DNA of 64,000 bases from Cytophagales bacterium (lineage in GTDB: Bacteria; Bacteroidota; Bacteroidia; Cytophagales; MED-G16): positions 72,151 to 136,150 of the forward strand of contig JBJLAJ010000001.1 of assembly GCA_045568775.1 (NCBI GenBank), in the 5' to 3' direction. The position numbers were made by a program, and so were the translations under genes. Below the pieces are notes generated by a model. It saw only the letters and a list, made by a program, of their open reading frames with translations. It did no database searches and had not been told where the DNA came from. Shown one piece after another: positions 1-9,252 of the stretch (positions are counted from its first letter, which is position 1; every line of letters starts with the position of its first letter).

Positions 1-303
1 AGAAACAGGCATAAATCTTTTTCCACTGTCTATCATTTTAATTAATCCTCTTATCATATGTTCAGCTGCATGAAAATCAGCAATAACACCATCCTTAAGA
101 GGTCGAATAGTCTTAATATTTTCGTGGGTCTTTTCATGCATTTGCATAGCCTCAGAACCCACTGCTAAAACTTTATTTGAAATTCGATCAATAGCAATAA
201 TTGAGGGCTCATCCACAACAACAGACCCTTTACTTATAATTAGGGTATTTGCTGTGCCCAAATCAATAGCCAAATCATTATTAAAGTAATCAAAAAAACC
301 CAT
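1..303 (-). CDS. mreB: Rod shape-determining protein MreB, 5' part only (runs off the window start)
   Basis: Hand translation from ATG at 303: MGFFDYFNNDLAIDLGTANTL...DEPSIIAI...IRPLKDGVIADF, the MreB actin-like motifs. Not in the ORF track. Confidence 0.95.
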   Translation of the reverse strand, partial: MGFFDYFNNDLAIDLGTANTLIISKGSVVVDEPSIIAIDRISNKVLAVGSEAMQMHEKTHENIKTIRPLKDGVIADFHAAEHMIRGLIKMIDSGKRFMPVS

Positions 304-331
304 GTATATTTTGTTAATTGGTTTACACTTA

Positions 332-339
332 CAAAAGTA
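332..339 (-). promoter_or_regulatory. Bacteroidota sigma70 -7 box (TACTTTTG) upstream of mreB
   Basis: Exact TAnnTTTG match on the minus strand, 28 nt before the ATG. Confidence 0.6.
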
Positions 340-362
340 AGAAAATATATGTTATAGTTTTA

Positions 363-1853
363 CTAATGATAAAAATGTCTTACTCCAGATAAGTACATAG
401 CAATTTTTCTTTCGTCACAAGCATTTATAGAAAGATCATCTTTTATTGATCCTCCTGGTTGAACAACTGCAGTAATTCCGGCATCAGAAGCAATCTCAAT
501 ACAATCAGGAAAAGGGAAAAAAGCATCAGAAGCCATAACACTATTTGATAAGTCGAAATTAAAAGTTTTTGCTTTCTCAATTGCAAATTTAAGTGCATCA
601 ATTCTAGAAGTTTGACCAACACCACTTGAAAGCATCTGCTCATCTTTAACTAAAACGATTGCATTAGACTTCGAGTGTTTAACAATTTTATTTGCAAACT
701 CTAAATCTCTTAACTGATTTTCATTACAACTTAGTTTACTGACTAATTTCCAGTTTTTATATGAGTTCTTAACATTATCTGATTCTTGTTTTAATGAACC
801 ATTTAAAATACTTCTAAAAGTAAAAGGTTTATGTGTGTCTCTTTTTTGAATTAATACTATTCTATTCTTTTTAGATTTCAGGATTGAAAGGGCGGCATCA
901 TTATATTCTGGAGCAATAATAATTTCAAAAAATAATGAGTTCATTTTTTCTGCTGCATCTTTATCAATCATCTTATTTGAAATCAATACACCTCCAAAAG
1001 CTGATAGTGGATCTGCCTCGAGAGCTTTAGAATAACATTTTGATACGTCAGAGGAAGAGGAAATACCACACGCATTATTGTGTTTTAAAATAGCAAAAGT
1101 TGGAGAATTAAACTCATATATTAATCTTACAGCTGAGTCAACATCAAGTAAATTGTTATAAGAAAGTTCTTTACCATTTAGTTTATCAAAAACCTCGTCA
1201 ATATCACCTTTAAAAATAGCAGATTGGTGTGGGTTTTCTCCATATCTCAACTCTTTATAAACTCCTACACTTCTACCGAAGAACTCCTCAATTTCCATAT
1301 CATATACTGAAATATATGAGAACGCTTCAAAGGCTAACCTTTTTCTGAAATCCAAATTTGTTTCAAATTTGTTTTTAGAAAGGAATGTAAGAACGTCATT
1401 ATATTGATTTTTGGACGATATAGTTACTACATCTGCAAAGTTTTTTGCAGCTGCCCTAATTAAAGAAACTCCTCCAATATCTATTTTTTCAATTATTTCA
1501 GACTCATCATTAGTTGACTCAACTGTCTTCTGAAAAGGATACAGATCAACCACAACCAAATCTATTTTTGATAAATTATATTTTTTTTCATCTTCTAAAT
1601 CAGACTCTGTATTAGATCTAGAAAGTATTGAGCCAAAGACCTTAGGATGAAGAGTTTTAACCCTACCCCCAAGTATTGAAGGGTAGTCAGTGAGAGATTC
1701 TACAGGAGTAACAGGAATATTTAACCCTTCAATGTATTTTTGAGTACCCCCAGTAGAAATAATATTAATATCATTTTTATGTAATTCTATACACAAATCA
1801 TCGATTCCATCTTTATTGAAAACAGAGATTAAAGCAGAATTAATTTTTTTCAT
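363..1853 (-). CDS. purH: Bifunctional AICAR transformylase / IMP cyclohydrolase
   Basis: GGRVKTLHP, IDIGGVSLIRAAAKN, LRYGENPHQ, ASDAFFPF, QPGGS motifs. Start placed at the ATG at 1853. Confidence 0.97.
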   Translation of the reverse strand: MKKINSALISVFNKDGIDDLCIELHKNDINIISTGGTQKYIEGLNIPVTPVESLTDYPSILGGRVKTLHPKVFGSILSRSNTESDLEDEKKYNLSKIDLVVVDLYPFQKTVESTNDESEIIEKIDIGGVSLIRAAAKNFADVVTISSKNQYNDVLTFLSKNKFETNLDFRKRLAFEAFSYISVYDMEIEEFFGRSVGVYKELRYGENPHQSAIFKGDIDEVFDKLNGKELSYNNLLDVDSAVRLIYEFNSPTFAILKHNNACGISSSSDVSKCYSKALEADPLSAFGGVLISNKMIDKDAAEKMNSLFFEIIIAPEYNDAALSILKSKKNRIVLIQKRDTHKPFTFRSILNGSLKQESDNVKNSYKNWKLVSKLSCNENQLRDLEFANKIVKHSKSNAIVLVKDEQMLSSGVGQTSRIDALKFAIEKAKTFNFDLSNSVMASDAFFPFPDCIEIASDAGITAVVQPGGSIKDDLSINACDERKIAMYLSGVRHFYH

Positions 1854-1856
1854 CCA

Positions 1857-1864
1857 CAAAAGTA
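1857..1864 (-). promoter_or_regulatory. -7 box (TACTTTTG) ending 3 nt before the purH ATG
   Basis: Minus strand reads TACTTTTG-TGG-ATG. Confidence 0.6.
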
Positions 1865-1867
1865 ATA

Positions 1868-2437
1868 TTATAATTTATTTAAAATATATTTTTCAATTAT
1901 TTGAGGGAAAAATTTATATTCTAGTTCATGAATTCTTGAGCTCAAACTACTTACCGTATCTTCATCTAAAACAGAAATTGACTTTTGAAATAAAACTTTT
2001 CCTTTATCATACTCTTCGTTAACAAGATGAATCGTAATTCCTGATTCTTTATCATTTTCTTTTAACACACTCCTATGAACATAGTCGCCATAATACCCTT
2101 TGCCTCCATGCTTTGGTAATAAGGATGGATGAATATTTAAAATCTTATTTTTAAATTGTCTTATAATTGTTTTTGGTATTAATCTTAGGTAACCACCTAA
2201 GGCAATATGTGTTATTTTGTGACTTGCTAAGATTTTCAAAACATTATCAGGAGAAGTCTCTTTATAATTAAAATATATATAAGGAATATTTAATTTTTTT
2301 GCCCTTTCTATGACATAAGCATTTTGATTATCTGTCAAAACAAGTCCTACTTTCACTTTATCATTACCCACAAAGTATTTATAGATATTTTCAACATTTG
2401 ATCCACTTCCAGAGGCAAATAAAGCTAAGGTGTTCAT
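1868..2437 (-). CDS. purN: Phosphoribosylglycinamide formyltransferase
   Basis: FASGSGSN, ILNIHPSLLPK, GITIHLVNEEYDKG motifs; adjacent to purH. Confidence 0.96.
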   Translation of the reverse strand: MNTLALFASGSGSNVENIYKYFVGNDKVKVGLVLTDNQNAYVIERAKKLNIPYIYFNYKETSPDNVLKILASHKITHIALGGYLRLIPKTIIRQFKNKILNIHPSLLPKHGGKGYYGDYVHRSVLKENDKESGITIHLVNEEYDKGKVLFQKSISVLDEDTVSSLSSRIHELEYKFFPQIIEKYILNKL

Positions 2438-2445
2438 GACGATTT

Positions 2446-4917
2446 TTAAATTTTTCTTTTAACTAATGATAATGATAAACCAAAAATCATAATAAAAAAC
2501 CCAATCCACATAAGATTTATTAATGGTTTTTTCATTGCCTCTATTATCACCCAATTTTTTTGGGTTGTCTCAAATGAAATTGTGAACTTTTTTTGTTTTG
2601 GCAATATTGATGATAAGTACACCTTTACTCCTAAATCATCAATTATATCTGGTATTAAACCAACCTTACTATTATCAATTAAAAAAGCTGGTCTGGCTAT
2701 ATACTCCTGACCTTCAGATAATATCTTTATTTGAGCCTCAGCTATAAACTGATCTCCATCATTATTATCTGATTTTGTTGTTACTTTCTCAATTGAAGAT
2801 ATAAAATCGTTCAGAAAAAAGGTTTCTTTTAGCGCAACTGATACTGAATCTCTTTCGGACCATACGGTTTCTTGTTCAGGGTCAGGATACGTCCTTACAT
2901 GTACATAGAAATCTTCCAGAATATTATTTTGTACATCTGGGGAGAATACAATCATATCAGAGTTAGGGTCCGTTTGAACTTTAGGATATAAATTAAAGGA
3001 TGAAGACTTATCTTCAAACTTAAGCTCAAAATAAGTTATATTATTATTATCAACTTCTACTGTATCATTTTCATTATAAAGCTTTCCACCTATTGAAATT
3101 TCCTTTTTTAAAATATGCACATTAGACAAGGGTAAATATTCCAAGTAATTTGAGTTAAAATATTCAGTATTACCTTTAATTTTTTTTCTTTGTCCAAGAT
3201 AATTGACATTAAATCTCCCGACCTTTCTATCTTCATTTAAAAACAAAAGCATATTGTTATTATTAACCTCATCAGGGAAATCACTATTCCAAACAAGTCC
3301 CGTATAATTATTTGATTGAATAGAAGAGTAACCCGATGAAAATAAAATACCTATCAGCATAATAGCTAAACCCACATGCGCTATTGAACCTGATGACAAC
3401 AGATCTTTTTTTCTAAAGAAAAATATTAAAACACTACCATTTGAAAATATAGAAAATAATGAGGCGGTAATTAGCACCATATACGAAGGAACTGTTATCG
3501 GATAAAATAAAATGATTAGACTTGAAGTTACAATAGTAAAAACAATAGACTTTGAAAATAGAGCAAATTTCTCCTTAGCCTTTTTACCCCTCCACCATAA
3601 TACCTGAGCTATTGACGAAAATATAGCAAGACAAGAAGCAAACCAGATTTGGGCATTAGAGTAAAAAAGTTCTTTCTCAACTGGTGGCGCTAAATTTGAA
3701 AACCCACCAAATAATTCAACAATGGCATTATAAACTGGTATTGAAGTGGGAAATATTACCTGAAAAGACATTAGAATTAGCGCATAAACACCTACAAATA
3801 ACCAAAAATCTCCAGAATAAACTTTTGCTTCTTTATCTGAATAAGGAATTTCTTTCCATCTACTCACAAGCAAATAGATACTTATTAGCACAAAGGAGAG
3901 CATATAAACAAGAAGCTGTCCGCTTAATCCCAAATCTGTAAAAGAATGAACAGAACTATCTCCAAGGATTCCACTTCTAGTCAAAAATGTGGAGTAAAGT
4001 ATTAGGATAAAGCTTGTCACCGATAGTATTAAAGACATCTTATAATGCTGTTTGTTTTTTTGAGTTAGAATAATAGAATGAAGAGAGGCAACTAAAAACA
4101 ACCACGGAACATAAACCGCATTTTCTACAGGATCCCAATTCCAGTAACCACCAAAATTTAATGTCTCATATGCCCAGTACGCTCCCATCATAATACCTAT
4201 CCCTAAAACTATTATTGAAATAACAAGCCATTTTTTCGCTGGTGCAACCCATGATTTATAATTCCTAAGCCGTAGTGAAGAAATAGCATATGAAAAAGGC
4301 ACTATAGAAACTGCAAATCCTAAGAATAGAGTTGGGGGATGAATAACCATCCAATAATTCTGGAGTAATGGATTAAGACCTGATCCGTCTTCAGGTATAT
4401 AATTGGGGTCTAACTCAAAAATTGGAGCAGATATTGCATCGCTCAAAAGGATAAAAGGAGAACTACCAATCTTTAAATCATAAATAACAACTCCCAATAT
4501 CATTGACGAAAGAAGAAACTGAGTGAAACCAAGGACAATCATTAAAGATGTGTTCCATTTTGAATCTGTTTTTAAGATAAAATAAATTCCTATAATCACA
4601 TTCCAAAACATCCACAATAAAAAAGACCCTTCTTGTCCTTCCCAAAATGAAGATATTTTATAGTAGATGGGAAGTAACGATGAGGAATGCTGAAAAGCAT
4701 AATAATATCTGAAATTATCAAAGATTATAATATAATATAATGTTAGAATCACACTTAATAGAAAAAAAGAGTGAAGCCAAAAGCTAATCCTACCAAATTT
4801 TATCCACGAGGTTTTATCTCTAGATTTTTCAGAAATCAAATAACTAACTAGAAAAACAAAAGAAAAAACAAAAGAAGATAAAACTGATAGGTGGCCAATA
4901 TTGCCTGCGGTAAACAT
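2446..4917 (-). CDS. ccmF: Cytochrome c heme lyase CcmF (often annotated CcsA-like)
   Basis: Multi-TM; WEGQEGSFLLW, GLNPLLQNYWMVIHPP, WWD motif GGYWNWDPVEN, LTRSG..SVHSF. Confidence 0.9.
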   Translation of the reverse strand: MFTAGNIGHLSVLSSFVFSFVFLVSYLISEKSRDKTSWIKFGRISFWLHSFFLLSVILTLYYIIIFDNFRYYYAFQHSSSLLPIYYKISSFWEGQEGSFLLWMFWNVIIGIYFILKTDSKWNTSLMIVLGFTQFLLSSMILGVVIYDLKIGSSPFILLSDAISAPIFELDPNYIPEDGSGLNPLLQNYWMVIHPPTLFLGFAVSIVPFSYAISSLRLRNYKSWVAPAKKWLVISIIVLGIGIMMGAYWAYETLNFGGYWNWDPVENAVYVPWLFLVASLHSIILTQKNKQHYKMSLILSVTSFILILYSTFLTRSGILGDSSVHSFTDLGLSGQLLVYMLSFVLISIYLLVSRWKEIPYSDKEAKVYSGDFWLFVGVYALILMSFQVIFPTSIPVYNAIVELFGGFSNLAPPVEKELFYSNAQIWFASCLAIFSSIAQVLWWRGKKAKEKFALFSKSIVFTIVTSSLIILFYPITVPSYMVLITASLFSIFSNGSVLIFFFRKKDLLSSGSIAHVGLAIMLIGILFSSGYSSIQSNNYTGLVWNSDFPDEVNNNNMLLFLNEDRKVGRFNVNYLGQRKKIKGNTEYFNSNYLEYLPLSNVHILKKEISIGGKLYNENDTVEVDNNNITYFELKFEDKSSSFNLYPKVQTDPNSDMIVFSPDVQNNILEDFYVHVRTYPDPEQETVWSERDSVSVALKETFFLNDFISSIEKVTTKSDNNDGDQFIAEAQIKILSEGQEYIARPAFLIDNSKVGLIPDIIDDLGVKVYLSSILPKQKKFTISFETTQKNWVIIEAMKKPLINLMWIGFFIMIFGLSLSLVKRKI

Positions 4918-4921
4918 GATA

Positions 4922-5326
4922 TTATATTTTTATATCTTCTTCAGTGTATTTTGATGGGCATTTCAATAATATCTCATTTGCGACAAACTTATTGTTTTCG
5001 TATCCACCAATTACAACTACCTGTTCAGAAAGCAAAAAATCTGGTGGCATAGGTTCACCATAGAACACATTTTCTTTTTTTCCTTCCTCATCAATCATCT
5101 CAAATGTGAAGCTAAGCATGTTTTCTCCATTAGTAAAACCTAATATTCGGTTGTTTTGGTCTTTATTTAATTTTCCAACAACATGAAACTTAGACATGCT
5201 GCCTGACTCATACATATCCTTTGCTTTATTAAAACTAACGTATGTACTTGCGTCACCAAAAGTGGATATAATAATTATTACCACTACACTAATAAAGACA
5301 ATAAAAATTGCGCTTGAATTTTTCAT
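4922..5326 (-). CDS. ccmE: Heme chaperone CcmE, CxxxY type
   Basis: N-terminal TM anchor, OB-fold-like body, heme motif LLKCPSKY. Confidence 0.9.
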   Translation of the reverse strand: MKNSSAIFIVFISVVVIIIISTFGDASTYVSFNKAKDMYESGSMSKFHVVGKLNKDQNNRILGFTNGENMLSFTFEMIDEEGKKENVFYGEPMPPDFLLSEQVVVIGGYENNKFVANEILLKCPSKYTEEDIKI

Positions 5327-5502
5327 TTTTCTTTTTTAATAGAATCTATCTTCTTTTCTAATCTATAGAGATATAAAAATAGACCTGAAAGAATAATTAA
5401 AAAAATTAACACAACGACATAAATTTTACCTTCGCTCCTAAGGGTATCAGCCATTGTAACTTCTTGTAAAAATACAATCAAACTAAACATATAATTAATC
5501 AT
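5323..5502 (-). CDS. ccmD: CcmD-family small membrane protein (59 aa), missed by the ORF track
   Basis: MINYMFSLIVFLQEVTMADTLRSEGKIYVVVLIFLIILSGLFLYLYRLEKKIDSIKKEK. One TM helix plus a basic tail; ATGA overlaps with both ccmC and ccmE. Confidence 0.85.
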   Translation of the reverse strand: MINYMFSLIVFLQEVTMADTLRSEGKIYVVVLIFLIILSGLFLYLYRLEKKIDSIKKEK

Positions 5503-6146
5503 AACTTGTTCTTTAATTTTAAAACTCTAAGTCTTAAATCAGCAATCCAAACACCAAGTAAAATAAATCCGATAACAGCTGGGTAAAACACTATTCTAAG
5601 CTGGGAGTTTAGATCATATACATTAAATCCTGGGTTGCCACCATTTCCTGGGTGTAATGAATCAGTCAACCTTGGCAAAATAAAAATTAAGGGGATAAGC
5701 ATCGAAAAGGCCAGAATGTTATAAACCGAAGATATTTTACCTTTCTTTGACTCATCTTCTATTGAGTTTCTTAACACGAAATAACTAAAATATATAAGCA
5801 AACCAATCGCAGACCCATTTAATTTAGGATCATTTGTCCAGTAAGTGCCCCAAGTATATTTAGCCCAAATCATTCCTGAAATAATACCTAATACCCCAAA
5901 GAAAACACCAATATTTGAATAATTATAGGATTTTAAATCATAGGATAAATCTCCAGTGCTAATAAACCTATAAGCGTTTATAGAGGAAAGAAAAAGTAGA
6001 AAAATCATAGTAAACCACATTGGAACATGAAAATAAAGTACCCTAATAGTCTCATTGAGAATTGGTAATCTAGGAACATCAAATAGAACGCCTGCAGAAG
6101 CGGTATAAAGTAAGAGTAATACGCAAAGTGTCTTTACTATTTTCAT
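5499..6146 (-). CDS. ccmC: Heme exporter / heme delivery protein CcmC
   Basis: LYFHVP, WWD motif WAKYTWGTYWTNDPKL, LHP. Alternative start at 6161. Confidence 0.9.
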   Translation of the reverse strand: MKIVKTLCVLLLLYTASAGVLFDVPRLPILNETIRVLYFHVPMWFTMIFLLFLSSINAYRFISTGDLSYDLKSYNYSNIGVFFGVLGIISGMIWAKYTWGTYWTNDPKLNGSAIGLLIYFSYFVLRNSIEDESKKGKISSVYNILAFSMLIPLIFILPRLTDSLHPGNGGNPGFNVYDLNSQLRIVFYPAVIGFILLGVWIADLRLRVLKLKNKL

Positions 6147-6148
6147 AA

Positions 6149-6811
6149 TTAATTTCTCCATAAAAACCCAAACAAAAATTTTGTCAGAGATACCAATATT
6201 ATATTCAACAAAATTAAAAGATAGATATCATCTTGAACAAGAATCCAAGAAAATTCTGTAGAAGACACTTTACTAAGCTTAATTAACAATAAAAAAATAG
6301 GAATAATAACAGGAAAACTAAGAATGCTTATAAGAGAAGAATTGTTTTTAACCTGATGAGCAACAGCAGCAATTAATGTCAAGCAATTAGATATACTAAG
6401 AGCTCCAATAAATAAAAGGCTAAAAAAGAATGGCAATGAAATTATATAGTTGCCAAGAAAAAATGTGAATACAGCAAATGTGAGAAAAGAGACAAATAAA
6501 ATAAAAATGAAATTATAAATTAGTTTAGAAAATATAAGTTCGTCTGGACTCAACACATAGTAATAATAATAATTTCTATTGCTAGATTCTTGAAAAAAAC
6601 TTTTAGAGACTGATGATATGGAGCTAAAAAGAATAATTATCCAGAAAATTGAGACCCAGTGTTCTGAATTTAGAATCCCAACTGGCTGAAAAGATATATA
6701 TACTATATATATGGAAGAAACAACATATAAGGCAACAGAAAAAAAGAGATGACTCTGACTCATCTCAATTTTAAAATCTTTGTATAAAATTGATAATATT
6801 TTATTTATCAT
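6149..6811 (-). CDS. ccmB: Heme exporter membrane subunit CcmB
   Basis: About six TM segments, ILSFPVIIP motif, first gene of the ccm operon. Confidence 0.8.
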   Translation of the reverse strand: MINKILSILYKDFKIEMSQSHLFFSVALYVVSSIYIVYISFQPVGILNSEHWVSIFWIIILFSSISSVSKSFFQESSNRNYYYYYVLSPDELIFSKLIYNFIFILFVSFLTFAVFTFFLGNYIISLPFFFSLLFIGALSISNCLTLIAAVAHQVKNNSSLISILSFPVIIPIFLLLIKLSKVSSTEFSWILVQDDIYLLILLNIILVSLTKFLFGFLWRN

Positions 6812-6818
6812 TGTCGTG

Positions 6819-6826
6819 CAAAATTA
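6819..6826 (-). promoter_or_regulatory. -7 box (TAATTTTG) 7 nt before the ccmB ATG
   Basis: Minus strand reads TAATTTTG-CACGACA-ATG. Confidence 0.6.
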
Positions 6827-6841
6827 ACATTATAACATCAA

Positions 6842-7438
6842 ATGGATACATCAAAAAACTTATTTCCTCATCAACACTTTGTTGATGCCGATCTGAGAAG
6901 AAAACTCATCAATCAAAAACCTATTTTAATTTGGTTATCTGGGCTATCTGGCTCAGGGAAATCAACAATTGCAAATGATCTTGAAAAAAAGCTTTACGAA
7001 AATGGTTTTCTTTCATATCTTCTCGACGGAGATAATATAAGAATTGGTTTAAATAAAGATCTAGGGTTTTCAGATGATGACAGAAAAGAAAATATCAGGA
7101 GAATATCAGAAGTTTCAAGATTAATGTTAGACGCTGGGCTAATTGTTATCACAGCATTTATTTCCCCTTTTGAAGAAGAGAGAGATCTTGCTAAAAGTTT
7201 AGTCAAAAAAGAAAATTATTTTCTTGTCCATGTTGACTGTTCTGTTGAAAAATGTGAAGAAAGAGACGTAAAAGGACTATATAAGAAAGCTAGAATGGGT
7301 GAAATTAAAAACTTCACAGGAATTGATTCCCCTTACGAAATTCCCGAATCTCCTAGTATGATTGTAGATACTGAAAAAGAGAGTGTAGAGCAATCCGTTG
7401 AAAAAATTTATAATGCTATTAAAAGCAAAATAAAATAA
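6842..7438 (+). CDS. cysC: Adenylyl-sulfate (APS) kinase
   Basis: WLSGLSGSGKST P-loop, LDGDNIR, ITAFISP, RDVKGLYKKAR, FTGIDSPYE. Confidence 0.96.
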   Translation: MDTSKNLFPHQHFVDADLRRKLINQKPILIWLSGLSGSGKSTIANDLEKKLYENGFLSYLLDGDNIRIGLNKDLGFSDDDRKENIRRISEVSRLMLDAGLIVITAFISPFEEERDLAKSLVKKENYFLVHVDCSVEKCEERDVKGLYKKARMGEIKNFTGIDSPYEIPESPSMIVDTEKESVEQSVEKIYNAIKSKIK

Positions 7439-8208
7439 TGTCAAAATATTCAATAGAGTTAGAGCTAGCATTGGATGCTGCCGTTAAGGCTGGAGAGAAC
7501 ATAATGGAGGTATATAATTCTACTGAATCAATAAACTACGAAAAAAAAGCAGATGATTCCCCTCTAACTGTAGCTGATAAAAAGTCTCATAATACAATAA
7601 TTGATTTTCTAAAGGAAACTAATATTAATATCATCAGTGAAGAGAGTAAAAGTATAGATTATGATGAAAGAAAAAACTGGGAGGAGTATTGGCTTATTGA
7701 TCCCTTAGACGGAACTAAAGAATTCATAAAAAAAAACGGCGAGTTTACTGTTAATATTGCTCTAATCAAAAACAACAAACCACATTTAGGAGTAGTTTAT
7801 TGCCCTGTAAAAAAGATACTTTATTGGAATGATCATGAAAAAAAAGTCTTTAAAAGAGAGGGAGAAGATCAGGTTGAGTTAACAAAAAGAGTACCTGTGA
7901 ATGAAAACGAAGAAGGGCTAAGGGTTGTGGTTTCCAGGTCTCATATGAGTGAAGAAACTTCTAATTATGTAAATAAATTGACAAATCCTGAACTTATATC
8001 ATGTGGGAGTTCCTTAAAATTTTTATATATAGCAGACAATAAGGCTGATATTTACCCGCGATTTGGGCCGACAATGGAGTGGGATACCGCAGCAGCACAC
8101 TCTATACTAAATGCTTTAGATATTAATGTTATAAATTTAGAGACAGGCAGAGAACTCTCTTACAACAAAGAGAATTTACTTAATCCATATTTTATTATAA
8201 AAGCATAA
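7438..8208 (+). CDS. cysQ: 3'(2'),5'-bisphosphate nucleotidase
   Basis: KADDSPLTVAD, WLIDPLDGTKEF, VSRSH, GSSLK, EWDTAAAH. Confidence 0.95.
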   Translation: MSKYSIELELALDAAVKAGENIMEVYNSTESINYEKKADDSPLTVADKKSHNTIIDFLKETNINIISEESKSIDYDERKNWEEYWLIDPLDGTKEFIKKNGEFTVNIALIKNNKPHLGVVYCPVKKILYWNDHEKKVFKREGEDQVELTKRVPVNENEEGLRVVVSRSHMSEETSNYVNKLTNPELISCGSSLKFLYIADNKADIYPRFGPTMEWDTAAAHSILNALDINVINLETGRELSYNKENLLNPYFIIKA

Positions 8209-8231
8209 CATATTGTAATATGTCTTTTTCC

Positions 8232-8262
8232 TTGAAATAGAGTATTTAGTCACGTATATTTG
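8232..8262 (+). promoter_or_regulatory. pheS promoter: -33 TTG, 20-nt spacer, -7 TATATTTG
   Basis: TTG at 8232-8234 and TATATTTG at 8255-8262, 6 nt before the ATG at 8269. Confidence 0.7.
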
Positions 8263-8268
8263 ATATTC

Positions 8269-9252
8269 ATGTTAGAAAAAATAGAAAAAATTAAGGCTGA
8301 TATAAATGGGTTTTCTGGAATCTCTGATGAAGAGATAGAAGCTTTTAGAGTAAAATATATAAGTAAAAAAAGTATTATAAATGACTTGTTTGAAAAATTC
8401 AAAAAACTATCAGTCCAGGACAAAAAAAAATATGGCCAAACTCTTAATCAATTAAAGGGATTAGCAAAAGATAAACTTTCTTCATTTAGTAATTCCACTA
8501 AGAAACAAGATGCTAAAAACAACTCAACTGACTACACCTTACCAGCAGAAGATGACACCGTTGGTTCTCTTCACCCACTAAGAATAATTAGAAACAAAAT
8601 AATTAAAATATTTAGAGATATTGGTTTTAGCATAGAAGATGGACCAGAGATAGAAGAAGACTGGTATAATTTTACAGCTCTTAACTTTCCTGAAAATCAT
8701 CCGGCAAGAGAGATGCAAGACACCTTCTTTATATCTAAAAATCCTGATGTTGTGCTTAGAACTCACACCTCAAATGTACAGATAAGACTAATGGAAAAAG
8801 AGAAACCACCCATGAGGGTAATTATTCCGGGAAGAGTTTATAGAAACGAAACAGTATCTGCAAAGTCGCATTGCTTCTTCCACCAAGTAGAGGGTCTTTA
8901 CGTAGACAAAAACGTAAGTTTTAGAGATCTTAAAGACACATTATATTATTTTGCTAAGGAAATGTTTGGTGAAGAGACTAAGGTTCGTTTCAGGCCGTCC
9001 TATTTTCCTTTCACTGAACCTAGCGCTGAGATGGACATATCATGGAAAGATGGTTGGCTAGAAATTTTAGGATCTGGTCTTGTTGACCCGAATGTACTTA
9101 AGAACTGTGGGATAGATCCTAAAGAATATTCTGGATTTGCTTTTGGTATGGGGATTGAGAGAATTGCGATGCTAAAATACGGGATTGATGATTTAAGATT
9201 ATTTTCTGAAAATGATAAAAGATTTCTTAAGCAGTTTAGAGGAGTTCGTTAA
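8269..9252 (+). CDS. pheS: Phenylalanyl-tRNA synthetase alpha subunit
   Basis: HPAREMQDTF, LRTHTS, FHQVEG, FRPSYFPFTEP, GFAFGMGIER. Confidence 0.97.
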   Translation: MLEKIEKIKADINGFSGISDEEIEAFRVKYISKKSIINDLFEKFKKLSVQDKKKYGQTLNQLKGLAKDKLSSFSNSTKKQDAKNNSTDYTLPAEDDTVGSLHPLRIIRNKIIKIFRDIGFSIEDGPEIEEDWYNFTALNFPENHPAREMQDTFFISKNPDVVLRTHTSNVQIRLMEKEKPPMRVIIPGRVYRNETVSAKSHCFFHQVEGLYVDKNVSFRDLKDTLYYFAKEMFGEETKVRFRPSYFPFTEPSAEMDISWKDGWLEILGSGLVDPNVLKNCGIDPKEYSGFAFGMGIERIAMLKYGIDDLRLFSENDKRFLKQFRGVR

